DNA of 64,000 nucleotides from Lama glama (Eukaryota): the NCBI GenBank assembly GCA_028534125.1, contig CM052817.1:25112001-25176000 (forward strand). Direction: 5' to 3'. The position numbers and the translations under genes are program-made. A model generated the notes under the pieces. It did no database searches and had not been told where the DNA came from. It saw nothing but the letters and a program-made list of their open reading frames with translations. Below are positions 37,707 to 48,854 of the stretch, one piece after another (position 1 is the first letter of the stretch; every line of letters begins with the position of its first letter).

Positions 37707-38699
37707 CATCTTAGAGACATGTTCACTTCTCACCGGCATCTTTTACCCCTAGCTGTTTTCGTGGAGGCTCAAGCTGTTAGTGACTTGAAGTTCTCAGAAA
37801 AATTCAAACATGGGGCCCAGCGAAGGGTGTGGTCAAAATGGAGGTGATGGATTTAATTAAATGCTCAGTCATTTTTGGGTTTGGCCAGAAACTCACCAGC
37901 CTGGCTTAGGCAGCTGTGCACGTTGTAGCCTTTCCTGATCTTTCCATTCTGTCTCTCCATAGTTCATGTTCTGTTCCATTCAGCCTCCACACCTCCATTC
38001 CTTCTCTTTGAAATGCTCTCTTCTCTTGACCCCCTCAGGTTGGATACAATGTTTCTCTACCACCTCTAGCTAAATTTGGGACTTTTCTCAAAATGTTTTA
38101 CATGTGTTGTCTTTAATTATAGTTGCGTAAATACTCATCCTTTCCACAAGATGGTAAGCTAGTGAGTTGAAGGTAGGAACATCCCCTTTGTACATAGGAT
38201 GTATTCTCAATAAATATTTATTGAGCTAAAGGAAATTAAAAGAACATGATTAAATACCTACAGTACACCAGATGGTGACTGGAGAGGCCTCTAAGCCTCA
38301 GTCCCAGTTTTCATAGGTTTCCTGATTTGCGTTGGTCTTGAGTTGTAAACATTAAACTCATTTGGAGCCTTCAGAGTATTTAAACAAAAGTACTTGCCCT
38401 TGATGTGGCTAATGTTAACTTTAGAAATTGATAATGAGCAATAGAAAATAAGGTGTCTGTGGGTAGCAGTGAGGAACAATATTCTCTGTAGAAGGGCTGG
38501 TGTTGGGTTTCTGGGCTTTCTGCAAGCACTCTGTATGACATGTAGATCAGTAAGTTTTGTTCAGACTGCTTTCTCCACCTGACTGGGAAACACCTTGGAT
38601 GATGAGTGAAACTCATCAACTCTAGGGTGCTATAGATTAAAATTCAAAGAGCAAGAAAAATACCAGAGGGTAGGTTTGTAAAATGGCTCTGTATATGAG

Positions 38700-39090
38700 C
38701 TGGATTAGTCAGTTTTTATTGTGATAATGCTGGGTAACAAACAACCTCAGGCTGTCAGTGGCCTTCAATAACAAATGTATATTATTTGTATATGTAGTGT
38801 GTCAGTGCCTGTGAGTTGTGCTGCAGTTTAGGGCTGCCCCCTTACATCTTCTTATTTTGGGACCGAGGCCGAAGGAACAGCAATGTTCCCATGTTGGAGG
38901 GCAGGTGTTCAAGACAGTTGGCAGACTTTTGCAATGTTGTTTCTTGAAACTGGATTACCACTTTGTTCCACATTCCATTGGCCAAAATATTTTACGTGGC
39001 CAAGTCTCCAGTCAATGGGCCAGAGATTGGGGGAGTGAGAGAAGAGAGCAAAACAAATATTTGCTAAGTTATAATCCAGTTGACCACAGG
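38700..39090 (-). mobile_element. ERVL-MaLR solo LTR, old MLT1-like
   Basis: 'tggattagtcagttttt..gataatgctgggtaacaaacaacctcagg..cagtggcctt' ... 'cacattccattggccaaa', ends 'gttgaccaca'. Confidence 0.7.
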
Positions 39091-39714
39091 GACACTTAGA
39101 ATATTTTACACCTTCTACTGAAGGAGGTACAACTCCTGAGAGAAAGAGCCCAATAGCTTGCTCTTGGCCAGGTACGTTATTGACACTTGGTACGTGTTTG
39201 TTGAAAGAATGATTGACTTGCCATGGTTCAGTTTAACTAGGTGCATAGTCTTTCCCCATTTGCATCTGTTTTTCATGGAGAAAGTCACTCCTTTTGGAAA
39301 CACAGACCAGACAGAGGTTGTATGTCATTAGAAGCGCTAATCCTACTTGAAGCCAAGTGTTTGCTGCTGTCCCTTTGATGGCGCTGCCAGGAGGACAGAA
39401 TCTGCAGACAGAGTCACCCTGGGGAGGACTTGTGAGTGAGCAGATGTAAAGAGGTGGTTTGGGTGGCTCCCCACCCATGGCCACACCCAGCACGGGACCA
39501 GCAGTGGATGGAGAGTAAATAGGAGGTTTCACCTGCTGAGGCTTCCCCCACCCAAGAAGGAGGATGGGTGTGCCTCGCTGAGGGAAGCTCATTATATAAG
39601 AGCTATAACTTACAAAGTGGGTAGTTGCGGAGGGGCTATTTCTGTTACCGAAGCTTGCTCCTTTCAAGAGAACCTAGAACAGGATTGCTTTAGCTAGTGC
39701 AGTGATGAGAGCAA

Positions 39715-39905
39715 GAAAGTGGCTTGCTGTGTGACCTTGGGCAAGTCAAGCTCCTCTCTCAGCCTCAGTTTCCTCAACTGCAATCCAGGCAGAATGCTGA
39801 TACTCACTTCAAGGATTCCTATAAGGGTTAAATTAGCTGATGTGTACAGAGTTCTCAGTACAGTGCCTCGTATGTAGAAAACATAATCTTTGGAAGCTAA
39901 TGTTA
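39715..39905 (+). mobile_element. MIR SINE
   Basis: 'gctgtgtgaccttgggcaagtcaagctcctctctcagcctcagtttcctcaactgcaa...cagtacagtgcctcgtatgtag'. Confidence 0.85.
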
Positions 39906-40869
39906 CTACTACCATCAACATCACTATCATTATTTTGAGCATGCTGATCGAATTTCAAATGTTATAAACTTTAATTACCTATAGATCCTCAGGGAAATAT
40001 CTATTTTTCAAAGCAAGGCATTCCTGTAGCTCTTTTGAGGAAGATTGAGAGACAAAAATGTGTAGGAGGAAAGGAATGAAGGCACAAAAAGCAAGGAGAG
40101 AGGAAAGAAAAGGAAGAGGATTGGTTTTTCCGGGCATCTGAAGAAGACCAATTAAGGAATAGGCTAGAAAAAGAACTGGCGTTTGGGAGTGGCTGGAGAG
40201 GAAGAGGTCAGAGCTCATGCCAGGAGTTGGGCTTCAAGGGACCAGAAACAAGAAAGGGGTCGCTCCTTAAGGCAGCTCGGGATAAGGAAAGCCAGGAGGA
40301 CAAGCTGAATCAGACTCAGCAGAAGGAGACAAGAGTCAGGAAGGTGGAGGAGAAGCACCAATGTCACAGGGTGAGGGGGGAGGTAAAGGCAACCGAGTCC
40401 AGGGTCTATCTCCAGAATAAATGGGCGGGGAGCCAGGCCAGGCCAGGGAGAAGAAGAGGGTCTGGAGTGCTGGCTGTGGCATCTTGGGATACGCACACCT
40501 TGCCTAACAGGCTAGGGCGGGGCAGGTGTGAGAAGGTGACAGGCAGGGAGGATGGCGTGATGGTGACCATACTGGTGACAAGACTGATCAGCCTCGTGTG
40601 TGCTCAGGGTGAACCTTTGATTACAAGGAACCCGAAGCTCTCCCCACTTCTAAAATTTTTCTTCTATTGAGTCGAATTCCCTCTGTCTTCTTGTACTTCT
40701 GGGACTGAAGTTCTTTTAGGATATTGTGAAATGTTGACTATGACCCCTCAGCAGGAAGGGGCACTGGCCTTCCACTAGTTGGAATGTAGAACAAAAGACA
40801 CTTCTTTTTGCAGGAAGCAATTTCTCAGCAGAACAGCCAGGGTCACTGATCTCACGGCCCAGCTAACTC

Positions 40870-40965
40870 TCATGGCCCTGAGCACGTCTGCTCGGTCCCT
40901 GTGCTGCTCAGGGTTGGGTGCATGGGAGGTGCTCCGTAAATATTTGTTAAATGAATAAATGAAAA
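40870..40965 (+). mobile_element. L2 LINE tail
   Basis: 'gggaggtgctccgtaaatatttgttaaatgaataaatgaa'. Confidence 0.65.
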
Positions 40966-41199
40966 ATGCTGGAGTACCTGAAATAGCTCTTATTAAGAGA
41001 ATTTCAAAGTTCTTTTGTATTTAAAAAAATGTGAGAACTTCAAAAGACCTAAATGTTTCTGGATCTGAGAGAAGGATGAGAGGTTCAGATCCAGAAGGGA
41101 TTTGAGTTCATTGCAATCTGTCTGGAAGCAGAGGTGATGGACCTGGGCCATGTCCAGCCTAGCCCCATGGTGCCTTATCCTAGGGCTGGCCGTGTTACA

Positions 41200-41706
41200 T
41201 GGCATATCAGCCAGGGGCCCAGTAAAGAATGGATGACACTCCCATATTGGGTAAATCAAGGAGAATTTAATAAAGCAACTATTTACAAAGGATGGGCAAG
41301 GTTTAGGGAAACTACAGGGAATGAGTTGGGAGTCTGAGGTTGGTGCAACAGGGTTGTTACCACTGCTAGGACTGAAAGGATAAGGAAAAGGTATGGGTGT
41401 GGGTCCCTGGAGAGACAGCTCTGTGAAGAGGGCTCCCTGAGAAGGCAATGACTACTGGTGGAAGGACTGGGCACACTCACTAGTGGAGAGAGCTGAGTGA
41501 ATGGATACCCCGGCCTTGAACTACCCCCTCCCACCCTCCCTCCATCCCCTGCAGTGCTCCCTACTGGCTGAACCCAACCAGATGCCAGAGGGCTGTGGAG
41601 TTTGTTGAGGCGACCCCTACAGATCAGCCTCCTGGGGTATACAGAGCAAGCTGGAGAAGGTGGGGCTTGGAGATGGAAAGGTACTTGGAGGGTTTCCTGC
41701 AGCACA
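41200..41706 (-). mobile_element. ERVL solo LTR, LTR41-like
   Basis: 'gagaatttaataaagcaactatttacaaaggatgggcaaggtttagggaaac...ctccctactggctgaacccaaccagatgccagaggg...gcagcaca'; similar to 63670-64000. Confidence 0.7.
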
Positions 41707-42399
41707 GGGGGTCATTTAAGAGCCTGGGGAGAATAAAATGTAAGGTGGAGTCTTCAAGTTCCTGGGTTTGGTCACTGCTTAAGGCAATGTGTGGTCTGAC
41801 CATGGAGTCCAGCCTCTTCAGCCAAAATGTGGTCATGTGGTGGGTAACAATTAGAAAGCACGGAAGTGTCATGAAATACAGGGATGAAACTGACACAGGG
41901 TGGAGCACTGGGTGGGGCCAGAGAGGTCAGCTTTGGTGTTGCCCATTTAATCTTTAGTAATGATCCAAAAGATATAAACAGCCTGATGAAATTAGCCAAG
42001 CTGGCCAAATTACAAGGTGTTACAAACTCTGGCGGAGAGAAACTAATGAGAGACTTAACAGTGAAAAATGCCCCTGGACTTAAGGGACAGGATTTTGCCA
42101 AATGAGATTTAGGGATCTGGAGTTAGCATGATTCAAAGCACACACATCTACTAGGAGGCAGAAAACAGGAAGTCAAGACTTAGCAACCACAACTAAGTTA
42201 GGGTGAAACAGGCTGCAGGAAATGCCAGCCTCCTCCTGTCCTTCCTATGTCTCCTGCGGACTTCCAGTGGAAGGAAAAATCTGTGTTGGGCGATTCATTT
42301 GCCGCATATGTGTACTTGTAGCTTGGCAAGTTCAATGACCAAAATCATTTAATTAACCAGGAACTCACACAGAGCTAAGTCCAGAAGAGTCATATGTGC

Positions 42400-42945
42400 T
42401 GATGGAAGCCTTTCATAAAACTTAAAAGATTATCTTTTGTGGAATAAGATTAAAAGAATTGTTTCAATTTTTTTTTTACCTACCCTTTGACCCAGAATTC
42501 TACTTCAGGGAACTTATCTTAAGGAGATAATCAGGACAATTCTGAGAGCAGTAGGTATAAGATGTTCACTGTAGGGCTTGTTATAAAGGCTCCAAATGAG
42601 AAACAACCTATATATTCAATAGTAGGGGATTGTTGAAACAAATTTTGCTAAATATGAATACATGTTACAGGAGAATTGTAATGACATTGGAATATGTTTA
42701 ATATGTGGCTTAGAGAGGGAAAAATAGACTGTACAACACTTTGATCACATTTTAGTTACACACACACACACATACATATGGAGAGAAGGCTGGAAAGATG
42801 CCTGAAATGATTGAAAGTGGTTAACTCTGAAAAAGATACATGAATATATATAAGATATTTAAGAATAATTCCATTTTTCTTTTTTCTTATCTAAACTACC
42901 TCAATTCTATCATAGACATGCATTACTTTATGATAGGAAAGCAAC
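42400..42945 (+). mobile_element. Old L1 (L1ME-like) 3' fragment
   Basis: 'ccctttgacccagaattctacttcagggaacttatcttaaggagataatc', 'aaacaacctatatattcaatagtagggga'. Confidence 0.7.
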
Positions 42946-43964
42946 TTTTTTTTTGGTTCATCTAGTGAAATATGGTTTTCCTCCTAAGAACGTATTGAAA
43001 TGTGTATAATTAAAATAATATTTCCACCTCCTGTCCTTCCTATGTCTCTTTTGCAGTGATGAAAATCTGTTTGGTAACTCATCCCAACAAATTGTCCGTG
43101 TCCTCTTTCAGAACATTTTTCATAGTCAAATAAATTTTATTAGAATAATAAACCCTACCTAGTCTATCTAAACCTCTCAACATGTTTCCAGAATTTGGGA
43201 GGATCCCACATGTTTTATTTTCTCCTTGAGATGGGGTTTTATCTTATTTTATATTATTTCATTTCATTTTTAAAACCCACAGAGAAGTTTTTTTGCCTCT
43301 CCTGTGCCCGTTAGCTCTGGTGTTACACCCAGACCAGTAAGGTGGGATAGAGACACGTGTGCGGAGGTGCTTAGAAAAGTTTGGATAAAGAATTGAGGAT
43401 GCACAAAGGAGGTCATTGTGTATTTTATGGTGACACTGAAGAACATATCTGAGAACCAATGGAAGATCAGGGATTACAGAATCTCAAAGAGAAATAGCAT
43501 TTGGCTTATGCATTATTTATTAGTTGGCTTTGAAAAAAATTATATCAAAGTTGATTGTAGGTGGGGGATGGAATTGGGGTGGATCTAATAATAGATTGTT
43601 AGACTGAAAACAATTGTAGAAATCATCAGTCATATGCCAGAGGCTTATTCTAGTTTTAAATGTGAAAGTAAAAACTTGGCAAACATCTAAATTTCTAGCA
43701 GGAGGGCTTTTTCAAAGTAAATTTTAGTAAACTCCAACAATTGGGATACTGTGCAGCCCTTAAAGTGAGGTTGCAGAGGCATACCCTTCAGTCCTTGCAG
43801 GTCACTTCTGTGGAATCTCCCTAGGTCTGGAGGTCTTCTGAGTTTGAAAATTTGATGATTTCATAGATCTAGGATTCCTTATTACCCGAAAGGGCCTAAT
43901 TTAAGAGAAATGATAGGATCAGGATGTAATTTGCATTCTAGGAAGTAAGGAAGAGATGTTTTTT

Positions 43965-44365
43965 CCCTCCATTAACAAAAATTTATTGAGCATCTACTCT
44001 ATTCCAGGGCTTGTGCTAGGTGGTAGATAAAATAAGATGAAGAAGATACTTTCTTCTCCTTTAAGCGGTTCACATTTGAGTGGAGGAAACAGATCCTCAT
44101 AGGAAGCAGACAATCATAATAAAGTGAGACAAGTTCTTTATCAAGTGATAAAATCTCATGGAGAGTAATAGTTACATATTCTGTAACTATAACTCTCCAA
44201 GGATGATAAGGACCTCCAGTATGACTTAAGAAAAGAGATATTTAGACCATGCCTTGAAAGACAAGTAAAAATTTAGCAGTCAAATAAAGGAATGTGTGTA
44301 TGTGTGTGTGTGTGCATGTGAGTGTGATCCTGGAGGACAATGCACTCATTGGCAGGAATGAAAAG
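43965..44365 (-). mobile_element. L2 LINE 3' fragment
   Basis: 'cattaacaaaaatttattgagcatctactctattccagggcttgtgctaggtggtaga'. Confidence 0.75.
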
Positions 44366-44371
44366 GTGATG

Positions 44372-45652
44372 GCATTCTTTTGTATATCTTCTTTGGTAAA
44401 GTGTCAAATCTTCTATCTACTTTTTATTGGGTTATTTTGTTAATACTTGGTTTGAGAGCTTTTTACGTATTTTGGAGTCAAGTCCTTTGTCAGAAATCTG
44501 TATTGCAAATATTTTCTCCCTGTCTCTGGTTTGCCTTTCCATTAATGGTATATTTTGAGGAGCAAAAGTTTTAAATTTTGATGAAGTACAATTTTGTTAT
44601 TTTTTCTTCTATGATTCATGCTTTTGTGTACTAAGAAATCTTTGCCTACATTAGGAATGCAAGGATCTTCTCCCACATTTTCTTCTAGAAGTTTTATACT
44701 TTCAGTGTCTAATAGCATTGCTAGTTAATTTGGGGATATGGTGTGATTGTAAGTTAAAGTTCATTTTTTTTTTCATATGGCTATTCAGCTGCCCCAGCAT
44801 TATGTATTTAAAACACTGTTCTTTCCACCATAGGAAATCAATTGTTGTAAATCAATTGACCGTATCTGTGTGAGCTGATTTATGCACCCCCTATTCTGGT
44901 GCATTGATCCATAGGTTTATTCTTAGACCAATACCAGGCTCTTTTGATTACTGTAGCTTTACAGTAAGTCTTAAAATCTCATACTGCAAGTCTCCAAGTT
45001 CTTCTTTTTAAAAATTACCTTGGCTATTCTAGATATTTTGTATTTCCATATACATTTTAGAATTAGCTTGTTAATTCCTACCAAAAACGGCAGCTAGAAT
45101 ACTGATTGGCATATGTCGAATCCATAGATCAGTGTGGAGGGAATTGATAACAACACTATGGAATCATTTGTCTCATCTTTGCTTTTTCTCAGTGAAAGTT
45201 TTTAGGTCTCATTGTACCAGTCTTGCACATATTTTGTTAAAATTATCTCCTTGTATTTTATTTTGATGCTATTCTAAGTTGGTTGTTTTACTTCAATTGC
45301 CAACTGTTTTTTTTTTTGCTAGTGCGTAGAAATATCATTCTTATATTTACCGTCTATCCTGTGATGTTGTTAAACTCATTTATTATTTCATTTTAGTAAT
45401 TAAAAAATAGATTTCTTAGGAATTTTTCCATACAGGGTCATCTTATCTGCAAAAAAAAAAAAAGATAATTTTACTTCTTCCTTTCTATTCTTAATGCATT
45501 TTCTTCCTTCCTTCGTTCCTTCCTTCCTTCCCTCTTTCCCCTCTTTTTCTTTGCTTTATTACACTGCTAAGATCTCCAGTATAATGTTGAATAAGTGGTA
45601 AAAGTGGGTATACTTGCTTTATTCCTGATCTTAAAGGGAGAACATTTAGCAA
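44372..45652 (-). mobile_element. Old L1M ORF2 fragment
   Basis: 'attgcaaatattttctccc', 'gcaaaagttttaaattttgatgaagt', 'ttttgattactgtagctttacagtaagtctt', 'ctccagtataatgttgaataagtgg'. Confidence 0.88.
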
Positions 45653-46529
45653 ACAGCCTGATACGTGGACGCTGCCAGAGTACCCCAGGGCTCCAAGGGA
45701 TCTTTGAGATGTTTGCAAAACCCAACCACTTCTCACGTTTTCACTGCTGACTTTGGGTCACACAATCAGCTCTCAGGTGAATCCTCCCAATAGCTTCCTG
45801 ACTGTCTCCCTCCACAGACTCCACCTCCCTGCCCCAGCCCTGCTCCCAGTTTTACTCTCCACATAGCAGCCACATTATCCTTTTAAGATGCAAGGCAAAC
45901 CTTGCCACAGGGGCTTGTTCTCTTTCTCCCTGTCACCCCTGCCTTCTGTGCATCCCTATTTACTGACTCGTCTTCCCCAGGAGTGCCAAGCTTGCTCTTT
46001 CCACAAGTTCTAGAAGACTGATGGGCTTTGATTTTTCTCTCTTAAATCCTTCTGAAGCCTGGGTTAGAGCTACCAGGCCCTTTGAACCTCAGGATGTCTG
46101 CATCTTGGTGACCAAGTGTAGAAAAGTCCGGGAAGGCTGGTGGGTTTGCCAAGTCTCAGGAGACAGACTTTCCCTGGGGCCTCTCATTGGAAACCCTAAG
46201 GAATATGAGTGCTTCCTAAGGTGAGACATAATGACCTTCTATGTCTCTTGCAAGTCTTTAATTAGAGACTCCATTATAGACACATCATGTTAAGTGGGAC
46301 AGGAATTCCACTAGAGGAGGGAGCAAGTAGGAAACTCCTTGGCCAGAACACAGTGTTCAACCAGTCTGACATTTGTAATAATGTCTTTGCCCCTGAGGAC
46401 TGTATCCATCATCCCTTAACTTCTGGTAAAAAGTGTTTAATAAAAAGGTAGGGAGGCCTTGTCCTCCAGGCATTATCAATCACTCAGGCCATCAGTCAGT
46501 CGGCAAAGCTTCCTTGGGTACCTTTCATT

Positions 46530-46725
46530 CCCTCGTTGTGGAAAGTACTTTCAAATGCCTTATCTCATTTCCCCCCTCAAGCCCCTTGAGAGGAGGGCAG
46601 GACAGACATCACTCTCATCCAGACTAGGAGTCTGAGTCCCCAGAGGCTGGGCGGCATGAGATCACGTGGCTAGACAGTGATGGAGCTGGGGCTGGGATCT
46701 GGGTTTCCTGATCATCACCTACTCT
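46530..46725 (-). mobile_element. MIR SINE
   Basis: 'tactttcaaatgccttatctcattt...gagatcacgtggctagacagtgatggagctggggctggg'. Confidence 0.6.
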
Positions 46726-47099
46726 TTTCTCTACACCCAGGTTGCGTCTCTAGGTGCCAGATGCTGGCTAAGCTCCCAGGAGGTGGAGGACAGGTAAGAT
46801 GCCATGCTCTTGGCCGTCAGACGCTTCTTTGTAATGACTTGGGTCTGAGGTTGCAGCAGATACTATCTTAAAAAGACTTTCTCACTCAGTGCAAAGGCAG
46901 CAATGACAGAAAAAGCCTGGGGTATTAGGGGTGATATGCTTGCTTTGGAGAAGGGACAGGAAGGAGAGTGAGGAGGGCGTGACAGCAGTGGCGGTGGTGG
47001 TGGTGGGATAAAGGGAGACCCCCTCCAGGGCTCTGCTGGCTTCCCAGGCTGCTGGAGCCCTCAGAGCTGTTACTCTTGGCTCCTTTTTAACCACTACAT

Positions 47100-47234
47100 T
47101 CTCTTTTAAAGAGTTGTTTCCCGCACTCCTCCTCCCTCTTCCGCGTCTCTTGGAGAGCCCTTTAAAGCAGACCTTAAACTAAACAAACATGCAAGCGAAA
47201 CAAACCAGGGCCATCAGATGTGAAGCCGGTAAGG
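47100..47234 (+). other. Candidate first exon with short ORF start MQAKQTRAIRCEA (ATG 47189, donor after 47228)
   Basis: Repeat-free; ATG with A at -3; donor CCG|gtaagg; unverified and not matched to a known protein. Confidence 0.3.
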
Positions 47235-47559
47235 TCGGGGTGTCCAGTGGGCTTGGGCAGTGTGTGTGCGTGCGTGTGCGTGTGCTGACATAGGGTGGGG
47301 CCCCCACAGCCCTTTGCCTCCTTCTCCTTTGTTCTTTTTCTTCGCTTCTTTCATGAATCTTTTAAGCAACCACCATCTGCCTTGATAGATGAGCCAATGT
47401 TCTCACCTTATCTTATTTTGTTTTCATCTGTATTTGCCTGCCGGTTGTGCTGCTCTTTCTTCCTCCTTCCTTCCCTTTCCCACCCCTTCCCTTCCTTTGT
47501 TTCTCTTTTCAGTAAAGTAGGACTCTCTGTGATCCTAAAAGATGCACATTTAGATGATG

Positions 47560-47748
47560 GCTAGAGGAGCAGCACTGGCCATGGATCATGGGTTTACACC
47601 TCTCAGAGCTTGGGTCCCCATGTATACCATGGGGCTAACTATGGGAACCCCACTGCTGGTTGGGAAGATTACATGGGAGAACACACGGAGAACACAGAGA
47701 ACAGTGCCTGGCACACAGGAAGGACTGGATATCGCTGAATGTTAGCAT
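47560..47748 (+). mobile_element. MIR SINE
   Basis: 'ggttgggaagattacatgggagaacacacggagaacacagagaacagtgcctggcacacagg...aatgttagc'. Confidence 0.7.
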
Positions 47749-48029
47749 CACTGAAGGAGTTCCCATAGACGAGGCACCGGGGCCAGCAGCAGTGCATTCT
47801 GGTTTGGCTCCTGGATCTGTGGTGACCTCTGGAGACCAGGCTTTATCGCAGCATGAGAGTGCCTTTCCTGTTTGGCCTATTTTTTGCTTATCTGACTAGA
47901 AAAGTGCTCGACTACTTAAAAGATTTTCACAGGATCCCTAAGCCTAAAGGAGGACGGAGAGACCAGACAGAGCTGGAATCACTGCTGGTCCTACCTACAG
48001 CTGGGACAGGGCCACTCGAAAGATGAGCG

Positions 48030-48185
48030 TATTGGTCCTGCCTTTTGTGACAACTTTGTGACTGAGTAGATTAATGCATCTTTCTGGGTTTCCATTTCTT
48101 AATGAAATAGGGATAGTTAGTTACTTTACAGGATTTTGTGAGGGTCAGTGAGCTGATGTCTGTGGAAGCACTTAAAACTCTAGAG
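48030..48185 (+). mobile_element. MIR SINE
   Basis: 'tctttctgggtttccatttcttaatgaaatagggatag..acaggattttgtgaggg'. Confidence 0.65.
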
Positions 48186-48555
48186 CTAGACAGACTCGAG
48201 TTGAGCTGCTGAGACCATTCTTTCTAAGCCAAGGAAAGAATCTTGGGGAGAATCATAGAACTTTAGAGCTGGACTAAGCTTGATGCATATAGTCCTCACG
48301 GGGCATTTCACAGACGAGAAAACAGGACTGAAAGAGGAGGGGTTGAGGCCATGGCCACACAGCTGTTTAATGACAGAGCTGACAACGGGGTCCCAGGGTG
48401 TGCTCCTTCACTAGACCACACTGAAGGACACAAGGGAGCACAGATCCCAATGCAGTCCCACTGATAGACTTCCTATGGGCTGCTCTCAGGGAAACCATTC
48501 AGATTCTTTGAGTATGGGAAGCCAGGTTTGAATTTTGGCCCTGTCCACCTGTGTT

Positions 48556-48632
48556 CATTTCTTTCTTTCTTTTTTTCTTCCTTTCTTTTTTTCTCTCTTT
48601 CTTTCTTTCTTTCTTTCTTCCTTCCTTCCTTC

Positions 48633-48723
<91 letters not shown>

Positions 48724-48854
48724 TTTCTTCCTTCCTTCCTTCCTTCCTTCCTTCCTTCCTTCCTTCCTTTTCCTTCCTTTCTTCCTTCCTTCCTTCCTTC
48801 CTTCCTTTTCCTTCCTTCCTTCCTTCCTTCCTTCCTTCCTTCCTTCCTTCCTTC
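48556..48854. repeat. ~300 bp compound (TTTC)n/(TTCC)n homopyrimidine microsatellite
   Basis: Essentially pure pyrimidine run read directly; abuts the 3' end of the minus-strand L1. Confidence 0.97.
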
